A stretch of DNA of 64,000 nucleotides from Octopus sinensis (lineage: Eukaryota). The DNA is taken from the NCBI RefSeq assembly GCF_006345805.1, contig NC_043011.1, positions 8,742,001-8,806,000 on the forward strand, read 5' to 3'. This document shows, piece by piece, positions 25,429-38,814 of the stretch; the stretch's first letter is position 1, and the number at the start of each line of letters is the position of its first letter. The notes under the pieces are model-generated. The model saw only the letters and a list, made by a program, of their open reading frames with translations, searched no databases and was not told where the DNA came from. The translations under genes and the position numbers were made by a program.

Positions 25429-27103
25429 TCATCATGATCATCATCATAATGGTTTCAAATTTTGGCACAAGGCCGGCAATTTTAAGGGCGTGGTAAAGCC
25501 GATCAGATCGAACCCCAGTGTTCGATTGACACTTATTTCATCAACCGTGAATAAATGAAAGGCGAAGTCCCTCTCAGCGGAATTTGAACTCAGAACGTAA
25601 AGACGGACGAAATGCCGCTAAATATTTTGTCCGGCACGGTAACGATTCTGCCAATAAGCCGGCTGAATCGTCTGCACGCCGGACAAAATGTTTATCGGTA
25701 TATCGTCCGTCTTCACGTTCTGAGTTCAAATTCCGCTGAGATCAGCTTTGATTTTCGTGCACGCAAGGCGGATAAAATTAAGTACCAGGTGAGCACTGGA
25801 AATCGATATATTCGATTGTCCCTCCTCTCAAAATATGATCGATTCCCCCTCCCTTCAAAATTCCTGGCCTTCTGCCAAAATTAGAGAGAATTACTGTTAT
25901 TGTTATATATTTACGAGTACAGGGAGATTTAGCTGCTATTTCTGTAAGAATGCGTTTGTGTGTGTGTTGTCCCTTACCTGCTAAACTATGCATGACCAAT
26001 TCTGACCAATTCTGAAGATACACCTGTAAAAAAAAAAGGTAATATAAAAGGAGAAAAGGGCTCTCTACCCCCTTTTTGACCAGGCTCCCGTGGCTTTTAT
26101 GGGTTTTTCCACGAGTAACCTTTCGAAGCGCCTCCCCCCATTGGGAGTTTTTCCTTGTTATATTTTCGTTGTTATCTTGCAATTTTTACACGGACTTTTC
26201 AAACGGACAAAACCCTTTTTGTAACTTTCGTCCCGTATTTTGTCCTTACATATTTTATTTGATTTTTGTTAGCCCTTGTGGCCAATAAACGAGAATTAAT
26301 TATTATTATTATTATTATTATTATTATCCAACAGCTTCACTAAGGTGCATGTGTTTAAATATATTTAGAGGAATCATGTTATAAGCATGTGACACACACA
26401 CACACACTCACACACACACCATACACGCATACAGACACACTTTCTAGTATACACAAACATACAGGAACATACATACACACACACTCACTCACATATATAC
26501 AGACACAAATTATCTCGTTCGCACATATACATTTACGGACAGGTATATATACACACACACATGTTTCAGTCACTGAACTGAGGCCATGCTGGGGCACGGT
26601 CTTGAGGGAGATTTAGGCGAACAAAATCGACTTCAGTACTATATTTACATATTCAGTACTATATTTACATATTAACTTTTTGCCGAAGTCAACAAACCAG
26701 CACCGGTTATCAAGCCGTGGTAAGGGCAAACACCCCACAACACACACGCTTTTTGTCTTCTACGTTCACTCAAAAATTAATGATTATTGTAGAAAAAAAA
26801 ATCACTTGTCCATGGTCGCGCGCAGTGGGGTTGAACCTACAACCACGGGGTTCCAAAGATAACTTTTTAAACATAGTCACGATGTGCATGACGGTAACAT
26901 TATGACACGTGTCATATAATGTCATAACCAAATATATATCCTTTTCTACTCTAGGCAGAAGACCTGAAATTTTAGGGGAGGGGGCCTGTCGATGAGATCG
27001 ACTCCAGTACACAACTAGTACTTAATTTATCGACCCCGAAAGGATAAAAGGCAAAATCAACCTCGGCGGAATTCGAACTCAGAACGTAAAGACAGACGAA
27101 ATA

Positions 27104-27340
27104 CCTATTTCTTTACTACTCACAAGGGGCTACACACATAGGGGACAAACAAGGACAGACAAACGGATTAAGTCGATTACATCGACCCCAGTGCGTAACT
27201 GGTACTTATTTAATCGACTCCGAAAGGATGAAAGGCAAAGTCGACCTCGGCGGAATTTGAACTCAGAACGTAACGGCAGACGAAATACGGCTACGCATTT
27301 CGCCCGGCGCGCTAACGTTTCTGCCAGCTCCTCGCCGCCT
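27104..27340 (-). mobile_element. SINE family B (Nin-like central domain), full length
   Basis: Minus strand ggcggcgaggagctggcagaaacgttagcgcg...gttcaaattccgccgaggtcgactttgcctttcatcctttcg...; many other copies in the window. Confidence 0.85.
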
Positions 27341-28044
27341 TCATAACCAAATATATATTAGACCGAGAGCCAGTCCTAATTTTATTAGACTCGAAGCTCC
27401 AAAACACTGGCAAGGCACTATATGTGTACAAATGGTCCTAATACCATGAAACGTGATTCTTAAGTATGATTAGGTATGGATTAATTAATTATGAGATAAT
27501 CAACTTGCGTAAATAACTAATTTAATTAGACTTTAAGCTCCAGTAATGAATCACATTGAATATTACTCCTTAGACACAAGTGATACTTAAATGAAAACTT
27601 AAGAAAAAAACGGGTATGGAAAAAGAAATTAAAATATTTTAATTAGACACATAATTAGGAATTAATTAGACTTTCTGCTCCAGCGTCAATTACTTCACAG
27701 AAATGTTCACTAAACCCAACTGAATCTATTCATGTCACTTACCCAAGGTGCCACGCAGTGGGACTGAAACCGGAACCATGTGGTTGGCAAGCAAGCTATT
27801 TATCACACAGCCACTCCTGCGCCACGAGATCGACTTTGCCTTTCATCCTCTCGGGGTCGATAAATTAAGTACCAGTTCACTGGGATCGATGTAATCGACT
27901 TAATCCGTTTGTCTGTCCTTGTATGTCCCCTCTGTGTTTAGCCCCTTGTGGGCAGTAAAGAAATATATATATATATATAGTATGTATGTGTGTACACACA
28001 CACAGAGGGTGAGCTAGAATTAATGACACACTTGTTAGTTATAA

Positions 28045-29236
28045 TTGGTTCATCCCATAAATAATGCGTTATTTTTTTTTCAATTCAATGAACTAAAAGC
28101 ATTTAGTAATTTTGCCTTGAACATATTCTTAGTTTTGAAGAGTGCAGTTCGATTTTAACAGTTATTTTTTCAAAACTATAATGGAAGTAACAATGGAGTA
28201 TACTTGGCATATTTTGCTTTATGAGTTCAATAAAGGCAGCAACGCAACGGAAAGTGCGGGAAATATTAATGCAGTATATGGAGATCGGACAATAAGCGTA
28301 AGCCAGTGTCAATGGTGGTTTCAGAAATTCCGAGCCTGAAACTACAGCCTCGAAGATGAGCCTCATCCTAGATCTGTAGATCTCGAAGAGGACGACTTGT
28401 AAACCCTGGTGGGACAAAATCCCATCATAACTGTTAAGGAACTAGCAGAGAAGCTTGGATTTGGTCATTCAACCATTCATCGACACCTGCGTGTCAGCAA
28501 ATTGGGTCAACAGTTTCTCACAAACTTCCCTAGTCTAATCGAGGGCAGAGAGTGAATCTGCGCTCTTCTTTGCTGTCATGTCTCACGAATAAACCTTTTT
28601 TTTTAAAACCAAATAGTGAGTGGTGACGAGAAATGGGTTCCCTATAAAAGCGCCGAAGACAGTGGGTAAGGAAAGGAGAAGTCTTCATCCACGTAAGGTG
28701 TTATTATCTGTTTGGTGGGATATGAAATGTTTAGCCCACTCTGAACTTCTAAACCCAAACCAAATGATAACAAAGGAGATCTACTGTGAGCAGCTTGAGT
28801 GGCTTAAGTCAGCGCTAGAAGGAAAACGACCATCTTTGGTTTGAAGATGAAAGATGTTCTTCCATCAGGATAATGCTTGGCTACATAAAGCGAGGATGAC
28901 AATCCAAAGGCTGGAGCAGTATGAATGGAACATGATGCCCCACCCACCATATTTGCTGGGCATTGCCCCATTTGATTATCATTTATTCCGCAGTCTTCAA
29001 AATCATTTGGACGGAAAAATATGAATTCTAAAGACGAGGTCAGAACAGTAGTGGAGGAGGAGTTTTCATGACGGACAAGTGAATCTTGGAAGAGAGACCT
29101 TGCAAGTCTAGCAGATGGATGAAAGAGCACTGTAGAAAATGAAGGAGAGAATATTTTAGATTGGAAAAGAACTTTGTTTATCTTAATTTTGAAATATAAA
29201 AGTATAAAAAAACGCATTATTTATGGGATGACCCAA
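28045..29236 (+). mobile_element. mariner (DD34D) relic, near full length
   Basis: TIRs ttgg.tcatcccataaataatgcgtt at both ends, TA on the right. Broken ORF with GDEKWV, LHPRKVLLSVWWD, FHQDNA and HPPY...APFDYHLF. Confidence 0.9.
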
Positions 29237-29238
29237 TA

Positions 29239-29590
29239 TTTATTAATATGTTTATAAGCACACAAATGCACAAAGTTAATGAATAGTGCAGTTTAGTTAA
29301 ATCGGTTTTCCATCTCATGGTCAACTGGGCCTCCTTCTGCTGCAACACAGGCTTGTAACCGTATTGAAGTATTTTGACATGGTTTGCGACCCGTGTGTAA
29401 CAAGATTGTTTCACCTTCTACGATAATAACTTGTTTAAGATGTTCTGACGATTGACACGGACTTTTAGATAACTCCACAAAAAAAAAAAGTCTGGTGGTG
29501 TTAAATCAGGTGAGCGAGCCGGCCACTCCACAGGCCCTCCTCTTCCAATCGAAAGATCAGGGAAAATTTTATTCAGCCAGTCACTGACAG
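29239..29590 (-). mobile_element. Tc1/mariner transposase 3' fragment (rosa/DD41D-like); its terminus is probably at ~28003-28042
   Basis: Minus strand EWPARSPDLTPPDFF and RLQACVAAEGGPVDH. Confidence 0.65.
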
Positions 29591-29716
29591 TGGTGTATGT
29601 ATGCGTGTATGTATATATATTATATATAGGGAAAGTTTACGAAAAAAACAAAAGACGAAGACAGGTGGTGTACAAAACAAACAGGTGTATTAGTATAACG
29701 CTCAGGAATAGAAAAA

Positions 29717-29758
29717 GTCTTTTACGTTTCGAGCCTACGCTCTTCTACAGAAAGGGAC
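29717..29758 (-). ncRNA. Hammerhead-like motif, second copy of the CUGUAGA-A family
   Basis: Minus strand: GUCCCUUU CUGUAGA A GAGC-GUAG-GCUC GAAA CG UA AAAGAC. Confidence 0.45.
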
Positions 29759-29808
29759 ACAGAAAAAACTAGGAGAGAGAAAAATGTATGTAGTGGTATA
29801 TATAGATA

Positions 29809-30195
29809 CTAGCAGCATCGCCCGGCGTTGCTCGGGTTTGTAAGGGAAATAACTATATAAGCATTTATAGAGAGTTACTTCCCTTATATAAACTGAGCGA
29901 AAATGCATTAAAAATGCGGAAAAATTATAGTAATTTTTTTTAAAATCGTAGACTCATCGTAGACGCGAGTTACTTCCCTTATATAATAGCAAAAAAAATG
30001 CATTAAAAATGGGAAAAATGATGGTAAATTTTTTTTAATTCGTAGACTCATCGTAGACGCGCGCTAATACCCAGAAGGGCTCGATATGAATCACGACTAT
30101 AAGATACCCGGTTTTGGTTAAACTGCACCGCAAATGTTGGAGTAGTTAGGAATCTAAATCGTAGGAGACAGACACCACGCAACCTCACTTTTATA
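29809..30195 (-). mobile_element. Non-autonomous Helitron
   Basis: Minus-strand cccgagcaacgccggg hairpin followed by CTAG; internal tandem duplication. Confidence 0.75.
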
Positions 30196-30342
30196 TATAT
30201 ATATATATATTTACTACATATGTGGAAATCTGTGGGTGTATTTGTTTGTGGCGTTGTTATCTAACTCCTCCTATATTTGTAATGCGTGCCATGTGTACGA
30301 ATTTATATGTGTGTGTATATGTATATGTCTATACGTGTATGT

Positions 30343-30742
30343 GGCGCAGGAGTGGCTGTGTGGTAAGTAGCTTGCTAACCAACCACATGGTTCCGGGTTC
30401 AGTCCCACTGCGTGGCATCTTGGGCAAGTGTCTTCTGCTATAGCCCCGGGCCGACCAAAGCCTTGTGAGTGGATTTGGTAGACGGAAACTGAAAGAAGCC
30501 TGTCGTATATATGTATATATATATATATGTATGTGTGTGTTTGTGTGTTTGTGTGTGTCCCCCTAGCATTGCTTGACAGTCGATGCTGGTGTGTTTACGT
30601 CCCCGTCACTTAGCGGTTCAGCAAAAGAGACCGATAGAATAAGTACTGGGCTTACAAAGAATAAGTCCCGGGGTCGATTTGCTCGACTAAAGGCGGTGCT
30701 CCAGCATGGCCGCAGTCAAATGACTGAAACAAGTAAAAGAGT
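30343..30742 (+). mobile_element. SINE family A, full length
   Basis: ggcgcaggagtggctgtgtggtaag...ggttcagtcccactgcgtggca... head and ...gcagtcaaatgactgaaacaagtaaaaga tail; more than ten whole or partial copies in the window. Confidence 0.9.
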
Positions 30743-31235
30743 GTGTAGAAATACATTTGTGTGTTATCTAACTGCCCTTTCTTTCTTGGTTGGGCCGCCG
30801 TCCGTGCAGCATCTGTTTTCCTCCCTGTGTCTGTGAAATCTTGTATCGCTGCTGTAAGGCTTTACGCGCCAGCTTAATTTAATTCGTCCTTAGTCGAAAG
30901 ACACCTGTTGTTATGTCCTGTTTATTTCTTTTGTATAACATTCTCCGTTTTTTTTTCGTCCTTGTTTTAGTATACATTTGCTGCTTTCTTCCAAGGAATC
31001 TAATACTCTTAGCTTAGTTTTTCCTTGGGGCTGGCCAAATTGGAGCAATCTCGAGTACAACCAGCCGAAATTGCAAAGATAATCTGGAACTCGACTGAGG
31101 AAAGAAAACTCCAAATGACCCGTCCTTGTTTTCTTTGTATCGTCTGTCTGGATGTTTTGTTGTCCCATTTTTTTGTATCACCTAACTGTCTGGATGTTCT
31201 ACATTCTTGTCCCACTTTGTATTATATATGTATAT

Positions 31236-31822
31236 ACAATGATACCTCGCAGTACGAGTTTAATTCGTTCCATGATCGAGCTCGTCTCACGATTTACCCG
31301 TTTTGCAAATCAATCTTCCCCATTGAAATTAACTAAAATATAATTAATCTCTTCTAGCCCTGCAAAACCACTTAAGAATAATTTTTTATGGGTTTTAAAA
31401 CAGAAAGGGTGTAGTTACAAGTAAAATGGCAATTACAAAAAGGAGAATGCAAAAAAAAAATGTAAACTAGTTATATTAATTGACTAAATTAAAGTAAAGA
31501 AATAACAATGGGGCACTCGTAAAGATGGGGATTTCTGCTCGAACTGCAAAAGAAAAATTTGCACGAGTCTCGGCTCGTACAGCAAATTACTCGTACAATG
31601 GGGGCACTCATTTCGCTTGTCGATACGTTCGGAGTTCAAATTCCGCCGAGGTCGACTTTGCCTTTCATCCTTTCGGGGTCGATTAAATAAGTACCAGTTA
31701 CGCACTGGGGTCGATATAATCGACTTAATCCGTTTGTCTGTCCTTGTTTGTCCCCTCTGTGTTTAGCCCCTTGCGGGCAGTAAAGAAATAACAATGGGGC
31801 ACTCGTAAAGCGAGGTTTTATT
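31236..31822. mobile_element. pogo/Tigger-like MITE carrying a family B SINE (31611-31790) with target-site duplication
   Basis: Ends tacaatgatacctcg..tacgag / ctcgtaaagcgaggt; SINE flanked by acaatgggg(g)cactc on both sides. Confidence 0.55.
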
Positions 31823-32183
31823 CTGTGAGTGTGTGTGTGTGTGTGTGTCTTTGTCTCCCAACACCGTTTGACAACCGGTGTTGGTGTTTTTGCGTCCCCT
31901 AACTTAGCGCTTCGGCAAAACAGACCGATAGAATAAGTACTAGAATAAAACCCTGGCTCGATTTCTTTGACTAAAACCGTTCAAAGAGGTGCTCCAGCAT
32001 GGTCGCAGTCGAATTACTGAAGTGAAAGATAAAAGATAACACACAAATGTATTTCTACACACATACACATATAGACATATACATACACATATATATATAC
32101 ACACATATAAATTCGTACACATACACGCATTACATATACATACGCCAAACAACACCCAAAGAAACACATTCACTTAAGCAGAG

Positions 32184-32226
<43 letters not shown>

Positions 32227-32611
32227 CAAGTGGCAGCGGCGGCGGCGGCGGCGGCGGTGGTGGTGACACCGTATACTTTACACCATCTGGGACGACAACG
32301 AACTCGGTGCTTGCGTACCGAAGGGTTGATGTGTCTAAGAATGAGTAGTTACATATATGTTTGTATATATCGTTGTATATATATGCATCACACGCTCGCA
32401 CCACCACCACCACCACTACCACCACCACCACCACCATTACCAGAATCATTAATATTGCTCTCTCTCCCGATGCCGTGCTTACCATTTATGATTCCATTAA
32501 GTATTACTGCTACTGCGACCGATGTACTTTATGTCTAAAATGCAGAAAAGACGACGACCGAACGAGAGAGAGAGAGAGAGAGGGGAAGGGAGAGAGAGAG
32601 AGAGAGGAAGG

Positions 32612-32651
<40 letters not shown>

Positions 32652-32860
32652 GTAAGCTGATGGAATGTTATGACGTCATTGGGATGATAACCGAACCACC
32701 ACCCTCTCCTTTCACAACCGATCTACTACTGTATACACGTAAACACCTGCACAGGCACACACACTCACACACACACACGCACACATACACACACACGCAC
32801 ACACACACACACAAACACATACACACACACACACACAACACACACACACACATACACACA

Positions 32861-33560
32861 TACGAGATGGTATTAAAAAGTTGCTTCAAATTCCGCCGAG
32901 GTCGACTTCGCCTTTCATCCTTTCGGGGTCGATAAATTAAGTACCAGTTACGCACTGGGGTCAATGTAATCGACTTAATCCGTCTGTCTGTCCTTGTCTG
33001 TCCCCTCTGTATTTAGCCCCTTGTGGGTAGCAAAGAAATAGGTATTAAAAGGTTGCCGGACTTAATTATGTTTAATAAAAAAAAAGATAACTGATTTACT
33101 TCAGTTTTAACATCATCTTCGAAATAGTCACCTTGCGCAGCAATACACCGGTCCCTGCGTTCCTGTCACTTTTGGAATCCGGTCTGGAAGTTGTTTACCG
33201 TTAGCGAGTTGAGGACCTTCTGCGATTCGCTCTTGATTTTGACAACGGTGTTGAAACGGCGACCTTTGAGCTGCATTTTCATGTTGGGGAAGAGAGATGG
33301 AAGTCTGCACGTGCTAAATCTGGCGCATAGAGCCAGTGCAGAGGAGATACCATGTTGTTTTTGACGAGAAACACACGAGTGAAGAGAGCTTGGAGACAAG
33401 GTGCATTATCATCACAAAGTATCGCAATCTTTGCGCTCCAAAGATCCAACTCTGTCGCGTGATTTTTAGAGAGCCCCCTGCAGTTTTTTTGTTTCGAGGC
33501 CCCTTCCCTTCAATCAAAATTCATAAACTACGCACCTTTTATTCATAACTATGTTTTACT
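32861..33560 (-). mobile_element. mariner 3' fragment whose TIR is interrupted by a family B SINE (32886-33040)
   Basis: Peptide MKMQLKGRRFNTVVKIKSESQKVL...RCIAAQGDYFE; duplicated target ggtattaaaa.gttgc at 32869 and 33041. Confidence 0.75.
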
Positions 33561-34824
33561 TTATTCTACCTGAAATTCCTGGCACGTAGAAAGCACCAAC
33601 CGATCGTGGCCGTTGCCAGCCTCGCCTGGCACCTGTGAACGGTGGCACGTAAAAAGCACCCACTACACTCAAGGAGTGGTTGGCGTTAAGAAGGGCATCC
33701 AGCTGTAGAAACACTGCCAGATCAGACTGGAGCCTGGTGCAGCCTCCTGGTTTCCCAGACCCTGGTCGAACCGTCCAACCCATGCTAGCATGGAAAATGG
33801 ACGTTAAACGATGATGATGATGATGATGATAATCCTAAAGAACATCTTTAAAAGTACAAGTTAAATTTCTTTAGGTCTATTACAAATTTCAATGAATAAA
33901 ACTTCCAGATATGAATAAAAGAGCATTTTTATAACCCAGGAAATTCGCAGTTGACACAACACACACAAGACATACCCACACAACATACATACACAAAAAA
34001 TTCTTCAAGGTGATGCTCCAGCATGGCCGCAGTCTAACATATATATAGAGATGGCTCCAAGTGAAGCGTTTGTCTAAAGCAGCACGAGTGGAGTTTAAAC
34101 ATTCTCAACAGCTGTTTCAACAGTGTTTTATGGATGAACACTTTGATTGCATCATGGCAATTGCATTTTCTGTATATAATGTCGAAAAACTTTGATCAGC
34201 TCATGACACACATGCGCGCAGTAAAAGAGAAAGAAATCATAGTGGAAGAAGGGTGAGGATATGAGAGTAGCTGTGGGAGGAGTTTAAATTTAGCAGATAC
34301 GGGTTTTCGGTGGAATAGATTGCGATTACCTTCTATTTTTAACTTGATTGCTGCCATGCTGGGGCATCACCTTGAAGAATTTTTGGTTGCATGAATCACT
34401 CCCAGGGCATATTTGTTTTTTAAAGCCTGATATTTTTTCTATCGATCTTTTCTGCTGAACCGTTAAACACACCACCACAGGTTGTCAAACGATGATGGAT
34501 ATATACACACACACACACACATGCATGCACGCGCGCACACACACACACAGGTATAAAATCTGAGAGAAAGAAAATAAATGGAATTCACGATACTCTTTAT
34601 TAGTCACATGGTGCCTAAAAGTATACTTGCAAAATTTCAAAGCTAGATAGTGCGTGTTTTTATTGGCTAAACTGGCAACATGACCATCCCTAAATACAAC
34701 AATCTGTTTCAACACACGATTTCACATCAAGAATCTTGCAAAGCGAATATATAAACGTGTGTGTGTATATATATATATATAAAATCCAGTGTACATTTAA
34801 ACACATTAAGAGGTTTCCATCATA

Positions 34825-35018
34825 GGAATCCTTTACACTAGAAAGAACAGCTAAAGTCCAAACCACTAATTAGCGATATATTCTTAAAGGGAATGAAAAA
34901 TAAAAACGTTTACCGTCTCTTTCTTGGATGGTAAGTGTTTTTATTTTTCATTCCCTTCGAGAATTTATCGCTAATTAGTGGTTTGGACTTTAGCTGTTCT
35001 TTGTAGCGTAAAGGATTC
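34825..35018. repeat. Long inverted repeat (~90-bp arms, ~10-bp spacer)
   Basis: gaatcctttac.cta.aaagaacagctaaagtccaaaccactaattagcgata... is mirrored by ...tatcgctaattagtggtttggactttagctgttcttt.tag.gtaaaggattc. Confidence 0.9.
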
Positions 35019-38000
35019 ATATGAAGGAATGATGGAATATAAAATATTGATTAGAGAACAAACAACAAGTTCAAGTCAACGACCTTATATAATGCCATGT
35101 TTCCATACATGTGATCATATATAAATACCACGGCCTTATACATACATAAAAAACACAGAAGGTAAAAAATATATATGCACATAAAAATACAAAATATTGC
35201 AGTGAATTGCAATGAACTCCCGAAATGGCCATAGATGTGTTTTGACTTGATTTTGTGGAATTCTCTTACGCTCCTTGGACTTCAACCTACCATGGTTTTT
35301 ATGAAACGATGCCTTTCATCCTTTCGGGGTCGATAAATTAAGTACCAGTTGCGTACTGGGGTTGATGTACCAGTTGCGTACTGGGGTTGATGTACCAGTT
35401 GCGTACTGGGGTTTATTTGAGTGTAAAAGCAAAAAAATAAATAGAATAAAATGCCAACAGTTACTGCTATCATAAAAGTATAAAATATTCTACAAATGTT
35501 TAAATTTCGTGAATAAACAATTGTAGTAATAATTTAAATCTTTATTCACCTGATAACAATCGAAGGTTAGATGCTAAAATATGCAGATATCTTTACTATA
35601 TATACTCCTTCCCAACTAAGAACTCTTATATTATAACAGTTAAATTTAAACATTGCTGTTTAATTCACAATGAAATTGTTACCACTGGCCAGAGTTCTCA
35701 CAGCATTTTAGAGGTCTTTCTTTACATTACTCATCTTAAGACATCCTTTTCATCTCAGTTTATCATTTATGGAGAATTAGCATCAAGCTTTCTGTGAAAA
35801 CTTACCTGTAGTATATAAAAATGGAGAAGGTTTACCTCTCATCTCCCACTTGCTATAGAAACCTGAGTAAAGTGAAGTAAATATATTCATTCATTATTGC
35901 TATGACTAATGTTATTCTATTTCATGTCATATTTTCTGTCATTTGAAGGTTTGGCTAAATATGAAACAAACAGGATTATTGCCATACTTTAGTGAATACC
36001 TGGGGAAAAGAGATGATATTTTCAAGTGAGTTCCTTGTAATTCAGTCACAATTTCTGTATCTTCTTTAGTATTTAATCTGTCTATTTATTATTCTACTAA
36101 TTATTCCCAATTTCAGTAAAAGAAAGAATGAAATTTCTAACTTTTATCACCCATTTTAATTCAATTACCTTTATAACTGATCTATTTTTAGCCAGGTTAG
36201 TTAAGATAAATGAACTAAAGTACCTTAGTTAAGAATACTACTCACTACCAATAAGCATTCAGTTTTGAGTTATGTCATGTTTTGCATATGCTGTTGAATT
36301 AATAGGAGTTTCAATCCTAATTTGGAAATTTGATCATAAATAGTTGTTTGTGTTGCTGATCATGGTCATGATCAACAAAAAGTAGCAAACATTTCTTCTC
36401 AAATAAGTCTACAACTCAAATATAATCAACCTTTGAATATTTGATATGCCTAATCTACCATTATCATTATTATCATTATCATTTTTTAACATCCATTTTC
36501 TATGCTGGCATGGGTTGAATAGTTTGCCAAGATCTCCAGGCCTAAAGACTGCAACATGTTCCAATGTCTGCTTTGACATGGTTTCTACACCTGAATGCCC
36601 TTCCTAGCACCAACCACTGTACAGTGTACTGCATGCATTTTTCATAGCACCAGGACTGATGCATAACTAAGATTTCTACTGTAGAGAGTGCTTTATGCTA
36701 GGAGATGAAAGGTTAAAGTATGGGAGAAGGATGCCAGAACAGAACAAGCTTCTTGTAGGCAAGCTACTCTTTTAGAATTTAACTTCCTTTTTAAAAATTG
36801 TAGGAAAAGAGATTTAGTTCAGCAAACATATAGGGCATACTCTCTGACTCAGCAATAAGTAAATTCAACCATAAAATAACTAATAAAATTTACAATTTTA
36901 ACTCAAATGATTCTAATGAACAGGTAAAGTTATTTGTGAAGTATAGGAAATCTATATGACAAATATAAGTTTTTGGTTTATTTCAAATCAACAAAAATTC
37001 AGGCCTCGTGCCTGGGGTAAGAAAGAATGTTTAAGGCGGCGAGCTGGCAGAAACGTTAGCACGCCAGGTGAAATGCTTAGCGGTGTTTCGTCTGTCTTTA
37101 CATTCTGAGATCAAATTCAGCTGAGGTCGACTTTGTCTTTCATCCTTTCGGGGTCGATAAATTAAGTACCAGGTGTGTACTGGGGTCGATTAAAAAAATT
37201 TCCCTCCCCCAAAATTTCGGGCCTTATGCTTAGAGTAGAAAAGAATAAAGCATAAGACGTAAGTAGCCAATTGCTATATAATCTGTGTGATTTAGGAGCT
37301 TGTGTGTGTGTGTCTGCAATAAGTATGTGTGTGTGTGTGCATGCGTGCGTGTGTATATGTGTAGGCGAGGAGGAATAGAGAAGGGAGGGAGAGAGTGCTA
37401 AAGAGAGAAAAGGAGGGAGAAAACAAAAGAGAGAGAGAGAGAGGGGGAGGGGTTTCGCCGAAGAAGAAAAGAAAAGCAGAAATAGGACGCAATGCATGGG
37501 AATCTGTTCTCTTTTGTAATATTTTAATCGAGCAGTGAGTCACTTAGGAAGCTTTCTTTTCATTAAAAACAACAAGTGTGTGTGTCCTATGAATGGCTGA
37601 GGTCTAAATCTACGGATTTTAAATCAACACCTTTTGTACAGACACAGGTGAACAACCTGGCTTTTATATAATATCTTCAGGTTCACAAATCTTGATATTC
37701 ATACTCTGTTACTTCTTCATCTGCTTCACCCTGCTTCACAGCGGTCAAACTAAGGTACCGCCCTAGATTCTACCGAAAATACTATAAGTGAAGAAAGACA
37801 AGTTGCTTACATCGAAATAGAACCACATCAGACGACTGGCACCCATGCCAACCTCCCTTCATTGGACACTAAACTCTGTTTGCGAAGACCTGTTGGGGCA
37901 AGTGAAATCGAAATTGAACCAAATCCTATGACTGGCACCCGGCCGTTGCCAGTGCCGCTGGACTGACTCCTGTGCAGGTGGCAAGTAAAGAAACATTGTT

Positions 38001-38416
38001 TCGACCCTGTGCTTGAGGGGACCTATTGAATCAAGTACATCAACATCAAAAATCAATGGAAATTGTAGTTGTGATCCCTGTGCCGGTGACACGTAAAAAG
38101 CACCAACCGATCATGGCCATTGCCGGCACCTGTGCCAGTGGCACGTAAAAAGCACCCACTACACTCACGGAGTGGTTGGCGTTAGGAAGGGCATCCAGCT
38201 GTAGAAACACTGCCAGATCAGACTGGAGTCTGGTGCAGCCTCCTGGCTTCCCAGACCCCGGTCGAACCGTCCAACCCATACTAGCACAGAAAACGGACGT
38301 TAAATGATGATGATTCGCTGCTTTCTTCCAAAGAATCTAATGCTGTTATGTTAGTTTTTCCTTGGGGCTGGCCAGATTGGAGCAATCTCAAGAAAAATCA
38401 GAAAAATATATATATA

Positions 38417-38814
38417 GGTGTGGTAAGTAGCTTGCTTACGAACCACATAGTTCTGGGTTCAGTCCCACTGTGAGGCACCTTGGGTAAGTATCTTCTACTA
38501 TAGTCTCGGTCCGATCAGAGCCTTGTGAGTGGATTTGGTAGACGGAAACTGAAAGAAGCCTGTCGTATATATGTACATATACATATATATGTGTGTGTGT
38601 GTATATGTTTGTGTGTCTGCGTTTGTCCCCCCCCCCATCATCGCTTGACAACCGATGCTGGTGTGTTTACGTCCCCGTAACTTAGCGGTTCGGCAAAAGA
38701 GACCGATAGAATAAGTACTAGGCTTACAAAGAGTAAGTCCTAGGGTCGATTTGCTCGACTAAAGACGGTGCTCCAGCATGGCCACAGTCAAATGACTGAA
38801 ACAAGTAAAAGAGT
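38417..38814 (+). mobile_element. SINE family A
   Basis: Collinear with 30343-30742. Confidence 0.9.
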
